DNA of 64,000 nt. Origin: Verrucomicrobiales bacterium (GTDB taxonomy: Bacteria; Verrucomicrobiota; Verrucomicrobiia; Verrucomicrobiales; DEV007). The position numbers and the translations under genes were made by a program. A model generated the notes under the pieces. It was not told the DNA's origin. It worked only from the letters and a program-made list of their open reading frames with translations, and searched no databases. The stretch is from positions 23,385 to 87,384 of the forward strand of contig JANQJH010000454.1 of NCBI GenBank assembly GCA_028281705.1, read 5' to 3'. Shown here piece by piece: positions 56,868-64,000 of the stretch (the first letter of the stretch is position 1; each line of letters opens with the position of its first letter).

Positions 56868-57635
56868 GTGAGTCCTCCCATGCCACAACAGGAGCCCAGG
56901 CTGAGTGAACGCGACCGCGCCTTCTATGAATGGCAGCTCGACGTGCCGGGGTTCGGTGTGGAGGGTCAGTCACGCTTGCGCGAGAGCACGGCCCTGGTGA
57001 CCCGCGTGGGCGGGTTGGGCGGCCCCATTGCCTTCGCCCTGGCGGCGGCGGGCATCGGCAAGGTAATCCTGGCCCATGGCGGGGATCTGCAGCCGAGCGA
57101 TTTCAACCGGCAGATCCTCATGCAGCACGACGGTCTGGGAAGGCCGCGGGTGGACAGTGCCCGGGAGACCTTGCGGACGTTCAATCCTCACATTGATGTG
57201 GAGACCGTCAACTCGCACGTGACGGAGCAAAACGCGGATTCTCTGGTGGGAAAGGCCGACCTCGTTTTCGATGCTGCTCCCCGATTCACGGAGCGGTTCT
57301 GGTTGAATCGGGCCTGTGTGGCGCAGGGAAAGCCGATGATCGACGCGGCGATGTACAACATGGAAGGCCAGGTGACGATCATCGTCCCGGGGGCGACGCC
57401 CTGCCTGGCGTGCCTTTATCCCGAGGAGCCGGTGAATTGGAGGCGACGTTTTCCCGTGATCGGCGCGGTTTCCGCCCTGGTGGGGAATCTGGCCGTGCTC
57501 GAGGGGATCAAGCTGCTCACCGGTTTGGGCGAACCGGCCTTGAATGAGATGATCCATATCGACACCCTGAGGATGCGTTTGCGAAAGATTGCCATCATGC
57601 GAAGAAACGATTGCCCTATTTGCCAAGGATTATGA
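56868..57635 (+). CDS. ThiF/MoeB/HesA-family E1-like adenylyltransferase
   Basis: YEWQLDVPGFGVEGQSRL, nucleotide loop VTRVGGLGGPIAFALAAAGIGKVIL, SDFNRQIL, and zinc motifs CLAC...CPIC. No rhodanese domain. GTG start at 56868; an alternative ATG is at 56880. Confidence 0.85.
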   Translation: MSPPMPQQEPRLSERDRAFYEWQLDVPGFGVEGQSRLRESTALVTRVGGLGGPIAFALAAAGIGKVILAHGGDLQPSDFNRQILMQHDGLGRPRVDSARETLRTFNPHIDVETVNSHVTEQNADSLVGKADLVFDAAPRFTERFWLNRACVAQGKPMIDAAMYNMEGQVTIIVPGATPCLACLYPEEPVNWRRRFPVIGAVSALVGNLAVLEGIKLLTGLGEPALNEMIHIDTLRMRLRKIAIMRRNDCPICQGL

Positions 57636-59128
57636 ACTCAGCCAAGACGATCTTTTTTGCCAGCCTCTTCGCCGTCATCGCGTTGGTCGCCGTGTTGTTT
57701 TTCCGGGGGCGCCCGACGGATGGGGACGGCATGCGGCAGTCCGAACTGGTGCTCCACTGTGCCGCCGGGCTGCGCGTGCCCGTGGAGGAAATTGTCCAGC
57801 GTTATCAGGCGGACTACGGGATCACCGTGCGACCCCACTACGCCGGTTCCGGTGAGCTGGCCTCGCAGTTAGAAATCGCCGGGGGCGATCTCTACTTGCC
57901 CGCCGACGTGAGTTATATCGAGCTCACGCGGGAAAAAGGCCTTGTGCAGGAAGCCATCCCCGCGGCCTATCTCACGGCGGGCCTGATCGTTCCCCAGGGG
58001 AATCCCAAGGGCATTCGCAGTCTAACGGATCTGACCAACGATCAGGTGCGTGTCAGTTTGGCCAATCCGTCGGCCGCCATTGGCAAATTCACCAAGAAGG
58101 TGCTCTCCGATGCCGGCGTGTGGGACGCGGCCGAGGCCAACGCCACGGTCTTCAAGTTCACCGTGAACGACGTTGCCCAGGACGTGGCCACGGGGGCGGC
58201 GGATGTGGCCGTCGTCTGGGACGCGGTGGCCGGTTTGTTCGACAACGTGGAATTCATTCATGTGCCCGAGTTTGATCAGCGGCGTAAGACGGCCACTGTG
58301 GGTGTGCTCGCCAGTTCGGACCAGCCGACGGCGGCGCTGCGTTTCGCGCGCTATCTCACAGCGGCCAATCGCGGGCTGGAGAACTTTGCCAAACATGGAT
58401 TTCAGGTGGTGGATGGCGACACCTGGCTCTTGCATCCCGAAATCACGTTCTTCAGCGGGTCCATGCTGCGGCCTGCCATTGAACAGCAGTTGGAGCTTTT
58501 CGAAAAGCGAGAGGGCGTGACCGTGGTACCGGCCTACGAGGGGTGTGGGACCCTCGTGAGCATGATGCAGGCCGGCGCCGAACCCGACGCCTACTTTTCT
58601 TGCGATCTCAAATTCCTCGATCAAGTACAGGATCGCTTCGAGGAAGGCACGGTGGTCTCTCGCAATGACATGATCCTCGTGGTGGTCAAAGGGAATCCGA
58701 AGAATATCCACAAGCTGGAAGATCTCACGCGCCCCGGACTCAAGGTAGGAGTGGCGCATCCGGAAAAATCAGCACTGGGGGCGCTCACGGTGGATTTGCT
58801 GGAGGGGCGCGGTCTCCAGGATCCACTCACCGCCAGTGGCAACGTCGAGATTCTGGCCTCCAAAGGCGACGAGTTGGCTAACCAAATGCAGATTGGAGCC
58901 CTGGACGTGGCCATCGTTTACCGGAGCAATGCCCTATCAAGCGAACAAATCCTGGCGAAGTGCGAAATGATCTCCATTGAGAACGATCCCCAGGCTGTGC
59001 AACCCTATGCCGTGCATCGCAACTCTTCGCACAAGGAACTCGCGCGCCGTCTGGAGACATTTCTCACTGATGCCGCGGGAAAGGAACAGTTCTTGAAATA
59101 CGGATTCTATTGGGAGTTGAACAAGTAA
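57632..59128 (+). CDS. modA: Membrane-anchored tandem (duplicated) ModA-type oxyanion-binding protein
   Basis: The ATG at 57632 overlaps the upstream stop (ATGA). An N-terminal anchor FFASLFAVIALVAVLFF is followed by two ModA-like halves. The first is HCAAGLRVPVEEI...HYAGSGELASQLEIAGGDLYLPAD. The second is FFSGSMLRPAIEQQ...AYEGCGTLVSMMQAGAEPDAYFSCD. Ligand (molybdate, tungstate or other) not determined. Confidence 0.7.
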   Translation: MNSAKTIFFASLFAVIALVAVLFFRGRPTDGDGMRQSELVLHCAAGLRVPVEEIVQRYQADYGITVRPHYAGSGELASQLEIAGGDLYLPADVSYIELTREKGLVQEAIPAAYLTAGLIVPQGNPKGIRSLTDLTNDQVRVSLANPSAAIGKFTKKVLSDAGVWDAAEANATVFKFTVNDVAQDVATGAADVAVVWDAVAGLFDNVEFIHVPEFDQRRKTATVGVLASSDQPTAALRFARYLTAANRGLENFAKHGFQVVDGDTWLLHPEITFFSGSMLRPAIEQQLELFEKREGVTVVPAYEGCGTLVSMMQAGAEPDAYFSCDLKFLDQVQDRFEEGTVVSRNDMILVVVKGNPKNIHKLEDLTRPGLKVGVAHPEKSALGALTVDLLEGRGLQDPLTASGNVEILASKGDELANQMQIGALDVAIVYRSNALSSEQILAKCEMISIENDPQAVQPYAVHRNSSHKELARRLETFLTDAAGKEQFLKYGFYWELNK

Positions 59129-59131
59129 GGC

Positions 59132-60034
59132 ATGGCTCTTGATTCTGAGCGACGTCGCGTTCCCTCGGACGGTCCGTTCTTTTACGGGCTGATCTTCATT
59201 GCCGGCGCCTACCTGTTGTTGATCCTCGCGCTCTTGGTGGCCGACGCTCAGTATGTCGGTTTGTCGGATATCGGAGCGGCGCTGGGCGATGAGGATATCC
59301 AGGATTCCATCACTCTAACGCTCATCACGTGCACGGTGACGGCCTTTCTTTCGGTCATCGTGGCCGTGCCCACGGGGTATCTCTTGTCCCGCTTCCGCTT
59401 TCCCGGCAAGCGGCTCGTCGATGCCCTCCTGGACATCCCCATTCTTCTGCCGCCGCTCGTGATCGGACTGAGCTTGTTGATCCTCTTCCACCAGGTGCCA
59501 ATTTTTGGCCGCTCCATCGAAGAGTGGATCGCCACTTGCTTCTCCTGGATCACGGCGGTGCGCCCCGATATCCGGCCCGGCGTGACCTTCAAGGTGCCCG
59601 CGGTGATTCTGGCACAGTTCACCGTTTCCTGCGCCTTCGCCGTGCGCACGATGAAGACAACCTTTGATCAAATCCACCCGCGTCACGAACACGTGGCCCT
59701 CACACTGGGCTGCAACCGGTCGCAGGCCTTCTGGCTCGTCTTGCTTCCTCAGGCCTGGCGCGGCATCTTCACCGGCGGCACCCTCGCTTGGGCGAGAGCG
59801 TTAGGGGAGTTCGGGCCCATCCTGGTGTTCGCCGGAGCCACGCGGGGAAAGACGGAGGTGCTCTCGACCACGGTGTTTCTCGAGATCAACATCGGCAACC
59901 TCAGGGGCGCGGTGGCGGTTTCCCTGCTCATGATTCTCCTGGCGCTGGCGGTGATTCTGCTGGTGCGTGTGCTCGGTGAGCGCACGGTGCTCGGAGGGCG
60001 AACGAGGTCTCCCGGAGGTTCCAACCATGCTTGA
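59132..60034 (+). CDS. modB: ABC transporter permease, ModB/CysTW-like
   Basis: 300 aa with about six TM helices and an EAA-type loop (HVALTLGCNRSQAFWLVLLPQAWRGI). Confidence 0.75.
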   Translation: MALDSERRRVPSDGPFFYGLIFIAGAYLLLILALLVADAQYVGLSDIGAALGDEDIQDSITLTLITCTVTAFLSVIVAVPTGYLLSRFRFPGKRLVDALLDIPILLPPLVIGLSLLILFHQVPIFGRSIEEWIATCFSWITAVRPDIRPGVTFKVPAVILAQFTVSCAFAVRTMKTTFDQIHPRHEHVALTLGCNRSQAFWLVLLPQAWRGIFTGGTLAWARALGEFGPILVFAGATRGKTEVLSTTVFLEINIGNLRGAVAVSLLMILLALAVILLVRVLGERTVLGGRTRSPGGSNHA

Positions 60035-60668
60035 GTTGCGGCAGCTCAGCGTGCGCGCGGGTGAGTTCCAGTTGGCCGGCGTGTCCCTCGCGATCGCTCG
60101 TGGGAAGTACGGTGTCCTCATGGGCAAGACGGGCAGTGGCAAGACGACCTTGATGGAGGCGGTCTGCGGTTTGAAAAAGGTCACGGCGGGCGGCATCTTC
60201 CTGGACGGTCGCGATGTCACGGGCCTGCGCCCGGGCGAGCGGGGCATTGGATTTGTGCCGCAGGACACGGTCTTATTTTCCAACATGACGGTACGGCGTC
60301 ACCTCGCCTTCGGGCCGCAGATTCAGGGCTGGGCCAAGGACGCCGTGGCGCAGCGGGTCGAAGAACTGGCGAATTCACTGGGGATCACGCATCTGCTCGA
60401 GCGGAAGCCCCAGGGGCTCAGCGGCGGCGAATCGAAACGCGTCGCTCTGGGGCGTGCCCTGGCGGCCAAGCCGGCCGTGCTCTGTCTCGATGAACCTTTC
60501 AGCGCCCTCGATGAGGAGACCCACGCGGAGATCTGTGACCTCCTCAAGGAGATCCAGCACACCCAGGGGATCACAACCTTGCACATCACCCACGGGTCGG
60601 CCGAGGCTGAACGCTTGGCGGATGTCCGGTATCGGCTCCGGGACGGACAGATTCAGAGCGGCGGTTGA
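60027..60668 (+). CDS. modC: ABC transporter ATP-binding protein, ModC-like but without a C-terminal TOBE/Mop domain
   Basis: Start at the ATG at 60027, overlapping modB by 8 bp. Walker A GKTGSGKTT, signature LSGGESKR, Walker B VLCLDEP. Only 213 aa. Confidence 0.8.
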   Translation: MLELRQLSVRAGEFQLAGVSLAIARGKYGVLMGKTGSGKTTLMEAVCGLKKVTAGGIFLDGRDVTGLRPGERGIGFVPQDTVLFSNMTVRRHLAFGPQIQGWAKDAVAQRVEELANSLGITHLLERKPQGLSGGESKRVALGRALAAKPAVLCLDEPFSALDEETHAEICDLLKEIQHTQGITTLHITHGSAEAERLADVRYRLRDGQIQSGG

Positions 60669-60740
60669 CCGGAATCCTCGGCGGGGGACTTATGCGTGAT
60701 ATCGGAGCTGCATGGAGTTGATCACGTTTAGGGTCGTGAA

Positions 60741-63700
60741 CTACGGCAAGACCCTCACGCGAAGATACCCTCTCATTCGCTCGGCCAGGAGAGGAACCTG
60801 AATATCTACCCGAGTTACGTGAAGGGTAGCGGTCAACGGCTGCTCAAGGATTCCCTGCCAATTCAAGTTAGGCAGTTGAGGAGACCATTCAATCTGATAC
60901 TGACGACCAGGAACGCTCGACCAAGCGATGGAAAACTCGTCCAGGGAAAGCCGAGTCAGATTGGTTGCCCGAAAATAGTCCGTATTGTTGCCGGGGTCGG
61001 TACCGGAAATTGCCTCCAATTGATCAGACACGCCATCGCGATCACCATCCAACATCATCGTGTCCAACGCCCCGTCCGATTGCCAGAGTCTTTCGATTTC
61101 CATGCTTGTCAGAGGTCTTTTCCAAACGGCCACATCATCGAGAACACCGCCCCAATATTGGTGAATATTGATGGCGCCACTGCTGATTGGTTGATGAATG
61201 GCACCGAGAATCAAGCGACTGTCACTTTCTTCAAAGCTTACCGACTTACCACTCAAGCCAGTCGCCAAGGCGCCATCATGGTAGAGGCGAACCTCGTCCC
61301 GCACCCGATCGGAAACGGCGACGGTATGATGAAATACGTTGTCGCCAGGGTCTGTCTTTGCATTGAATTGAAGATTGTTGAACAGAAGCTCGCCACGTCG
61401 GTCGAGAATCTGCCAGCTTTCCCCGGGAAGTCCCTTGGCCACCAAGGGCGCCTCGACCCAACAGTTGTCGCCTTCGTCACAGTCACTTCGATTCGGATTC
61501 ACCCGATACCAAAGCGAGACGGTGAAACTTTCACCAACGAAGTCAAAGTCGTCCTCTCTTCCTCCGGTGATGGTGACAAACTGATCGACTCCATTCAAAC
61601 GGATGCCTTGCCCGAATCTTGCTCTGACGAACTCTGGCTGACTGTCGGTATCGCCGTGATAGGCGTGCTCGTGGTCATTCAAATCGTGGTCGAATGGCCA
61701 GTAGGCAAGGAGTCCATCACTTAAATCGGGGACAGAAGCGGAACTCTGGGAACTCGTGCCATAGCGACTTTCGATACCGTCGGTAAAACCGTCGTCATCG
61801 GTGTCGATCCGATTGGGGTCGGAGATCGAGAAACGGTGATTGGATGAATCAGAGGCGGACGGGTTCTCCAGGCCGTCGGGTAAGCCGTCTCCGTCACTGT
61901 CAGTATCGAGCGGGTTGGTGCCCGTGTTCTCGATGTCACTCCAGACACCGGTATCGGTCTCCACGAGATCGGAATAACCATCACCATCGGTATCCTCCAG
62001 GGTCGGATCCGTAAATCGCTGATACTCACCAAAGTTTGTTAGGCCATCAAGGTCGAGATCCTCTTCGTCATTGGGAGTCGAGGGATCGAGCTGAAACTTG
62101 ACCTCCCACCAATCGGGCATCCGGTCCCCATCCGAGTCGGGAGAAATGAGATCTCCCAAGCTCTTCCTCTCCCGCAAGGCGCCATTGTAAATCGATTTGA
62201 CCTCTGATGAACTGATCGCTCTTCTCCAGATCGCGAGTTCATCGAGGCTGCCGATCCATCGAAAAGCCCCTTGATCTCCAGGGAATCCCCCGATGCTGAG
62301 TCCCACGCCCTCCAAGCCCGCCTGCAATTCTGAGTGCACGAGCCCTGACGTAAAGCGCGAAAGGTCGATGCGATTGGAGTCGATGTAGAGGGTGGGTGCG
62401 TTCCCGCTCGAATCGTTTCCGTAGCTCCCTTTATTCGACCGAAACACCGCGGCGATGTGATGCCAGTTTCGATCAGTCACATCCCAATGAAATACTTTCG
62501 AGAGTTGCTGCCCCGTGACGAGCTGGCCGGCGTCATTGGTGCCTCGAGGCACATAAAAATCCCAGCCTGTTCGGAAAGGGTCGTGGTTGTGGATCGTCGT
62601 CAACTGCCACCTGCGTCCCGCTCCTTGGGAGATGATCGTATTCCATGGTAACCAGGAATCCAGCTTGGCCCACAACGTGACGGAAAACGACTGCCCGAGA
62701 AATCCAAATTCGGAGGGATCGGCCACGACATTGACATAGGGATCACCGTCCAACGAAAGGGCCCCGCGTATCATTCCGTCGGCATAACGGTCGACCGCAG
62801 ACTCGGGTACCATCTCGCCGCTAAAAGGTCCGATGAGATCCTCGAGATCATCGTCGAACGCCCAATAGGCCACCAGTCCCCGGCCGATGTCGGGAACTGA
62901 TGCCGGGTCCGTTGGATCCGATCCATGCGCTTTCTCGTCACCGTCTCCAAACCCGTCGTTGTCTGTATCCCAAATGTTAGGGTCCGTCCCGCGTTCTTGA
63001 GACGGGTCTTCCATCACATCGATCAAACCGTCAGCATCCGAATCCAGACGGAATGGCAGGGTTCCCGTGTCCGAGGAACTCAGCCAAGTTCCAGAACCCG
63101 TTTCGGCATCGTCCAGGATGCCGTCAAAATCGCTGTCGCTCTGAAGGGGATCGGAAGCGCGCAAGAACTCGTCGATACTCTGAAGACCATCATTGTCCTG
63201 ATCCAGGGCCGCATCAGGCACGCCCACCACCAAGCCGATTGAATCTTCCCAACGATCGGGGACGCCATCCTTGTCGTCATCTGGAAGCAAGGTGTAGAGG
63301 GGAACACCATTACTGCCTGCAAGGTACAGGTCCATGACCTCTGCTTCCGTTAGATTCCGATGCCAAATAGCAATCTCGTCCAAGGCGCCGCGCAAAAGCG
63401 GCGTGAAGCCAGGTTTTCCGCCAATATAGAGCTTTCCAACGCCATCCGTCCCAATCTTGTTCTGTTCAAAGTAAAAGCCTTGTTTGCCTGGCGTTGTCTC
63501 TAGCTTTTTTCCGTCCACATACAATCCGGGCAGGTCGCCGGTTTCAATGTCCGAACCGGTGACGACCACATGATGCCACGATTGAAGCTCGTCCTGAGTC
63601 AGTGCAAGAGTCTCCGGCTCCACGTGTCCAGAACCAAGGATGAATCCCGGGGGCTCGAGAAAGACTCCCCATGCCAATGGACCGGTGTAAAACACGGTTC

Positions 63701-63989
63701 CCGGCATCCCCGAGACCTTGACCCAAAATGAGGCCGCCATCTGGAAACGATTGAATGCGTTCTCATCACTTCCCGCGACCTCGATGCAGGTGAGGTTCCC
63801 ATCCATGGTGATGGCCGTTCCGACCACCCCTTCCTCCGTGGCAAGGGAAGCCTTGGGCAAGCCGTGACCTCGCCCGATGAGATCGGCGGCACTGCCATCC
63901 ATCGGCCAATAATGGCGCAGCTGCTTAGCCAAATCGGCACGCGTCTCCCCGAGCCCCAAGATGAGCGAGACCAGGCACCCAATCTTCAA
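60741..63989 (-). CDS. Giant secreted LamG (concanavalin-A-like) domain protein with thrombospondin-type-3 calcium-binding repeats; N-terminus at or beyond the window edge
   Basis: At least four LamG-like units end in the hallmark LDEIAIWHRNLTEAEV, LDELAIWRRAISSSEV and LDDVAVWKRPLTSMEI. Asp-rich D-x-D-x-D-G repeats are present (DSDFDGILDD, DTDNDGFGDGDE, DTDSDGDGLPDG, DTDDDGFTDG). The reading frame stays open to base 64000, so the TTG at 63989 may not be the true start. Confidence 0.75.
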   Translation of the reverse strand: MKIGCLVSLILGLGETRADLAKQLRHYWPMDGSAADLIGRGHGLPKASLATEEGVVGTAITMDGNLTCIEVAGSDENAFNRFQMAASFWVKVSGMPGTVFYTGPLAWGVFLEPPGFILGSGHVEPETLALTQDELQSWHHVVVTGSDIETGDLPGLYVDGKKLETTPGKQGFYFEQNKIGTDGVGKLYIGGKPGFTPLLRGALDEIAIWHRNLTEAEVMDLYLAGSNGVPLYTLLPDDDKDGVPDRWEDSIGLVVGVPDAALDQDNDGLQSIDEFLRASDPLQSDSDFDGILDDAETGSGTWLSSSDTGTLPFRLDSDADGLIDVMEDPSQERGTDPNIWDTDNDGFGDGDEKAHGSDPTDPASVPDIGRGLVAYWAFDDDLEDLIGPFSGEMVPESAVDRYADGMIRGALSLDGDPYVNVVADPSEFGFLGQSFSVTLWAKLDSWLPWNTIISQGAGRRWQLTTIHNHDPFRTGWDFYVPRGTNDAGQLVTGQQLSKVFHWDVTDRNWHHIAAVFRSNKGSYGNDSSGNAPTLYIDSNRIDLSRFTSGLVHSELQAGLEGVGLSIGGFPGDQGAFRWIGSLDELAIWRRAISSSEVKSIYNGALRERKSLGDLISPDSDGDRMPDWWEVKFQLDPSTPNDEEDLDLDGLTNFGEYQRFTDPTLEDTDGDGYSDLVETDTGVWSDIENTGTNPLDTDSDGDGLPDGLENPSASDSSNHRFSISDPNRIDTDDDGFTDGIESRYGTSSQSSASVPDLSDGLLAYWPFDHDLNDHEHAYHGDTDSQPEFVRARFGQGIRLNGVDQFVTITGGREDDFDFVGESFTVSLWYRVNPNRSDCDEGDNCWVEAPLVAKGLPGESWQILDRRGELLFNNLQFNAKTDPGDNVFHHTVAVSDRVRDEVRLYHDGALATGLSGKSVSFEESDSRLILGAIHQPISSGAINIHQYWGGVLDDVAVWKRPLTSMEIERLWQSDGALDTMMLDGDRDGVSDQLEAISGTDPGNNTDYFRATNLTRLSLDEFSIAWSSVPGRQYQIEWSPQLPNLNWQGILEQPLTATLHVTRVDIQVPLLAERMRGYLRVRVLP

Positions 63990-64000
63990 AGTCCTAATAA

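Noticed and set aside
1-64000. Search for CRISPR arrays, tRNA/rRNA genes, transposases, integrases, phage genes or known defence systems
   Set aside because: I found no regularly spaced direct repeats, no T-loop/acceptor-stem candidates in any intergenic spacer, and no recombinase or defence-type motifs in any ORF. This is a by-eye scan only, so small ncRNAs cannot be excluded.

Overview
Visibly GC-rich, gene-dense chromosomal segment with about 46 supported CDS. I found no rRNA, tRNA, CRISPR array, transposase or integrase. All calls come from reading the supplied translations and the DNA by eye; no alignment or database search was run. The protein repertoire suggests a PVC-superphylum genome (Verrucomicrobiota or Planctomycetota), which is an inference. 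That repertoire includes a TAT-signal Gfo/Idh/MocA oxidoreductase, a CxPxR sulfatase, a membrane kinase-like/FGE-like fusion, a giant lamin-tail/CotH protein, a giant LamG/thrombospondin-type-3 protein, an ECF sigma factor with a transmembrane and C-terminal extension, and a Kelch-mutarotase/sodium-solute-symporter fusion. Recognisable housekeeping or metabolic blocks are an ABC-F ATPase, an HlyD-type adaptor, threonine aldolase, an aldo-keto reductase, nickel superoxide dismutase, an SLC12-like transporter, a glyoxylate aminotransferase plus glcDEF glycolate oxidase operon, bioA, gluconolactonase, YdcF, and a ParDE toxin-antitoxin pair. The most unusual content falls into seven items. (1) A translationally coupled eight-gene cluster at 51876..60668 joins two PQQ-like beta-propeller proteins, a Cys-cluster membrane protein, a MoaD/ThiS-like GG-terminal protein, an E1-like adenylyltransferase, and a ModABC-type transporter whose binding protein is a tandem duplication. 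(2) An ECF sigma two-gene module is bracketed by two near-identical arrays of six AAGTTT-type hexamers. (3) A nucleotidyltransferase gene overlaps a 1112-aa fusion of a degenerate GHMP (fucokinase-like) kinase and a UDPGP-type pyrophosphorylase. (4) A small possible hotdog-fold protein, a PSD-family protein with a non-canonical GAST site, and bioA form a coupled trio. (5) The NiSOD leader looks like a Sec signal peptide ending in A-W-A immediately before the His-Cys nickel hook. (6) Two adjacent genes consist only of an unnamed ~90-aa repeat module. (7) A trypsin-like protease is fused to a jelly-roll domain and a SirB1-type transglutaminase-like/TPR domain. None of these is proven novel; each needs the searches listed.
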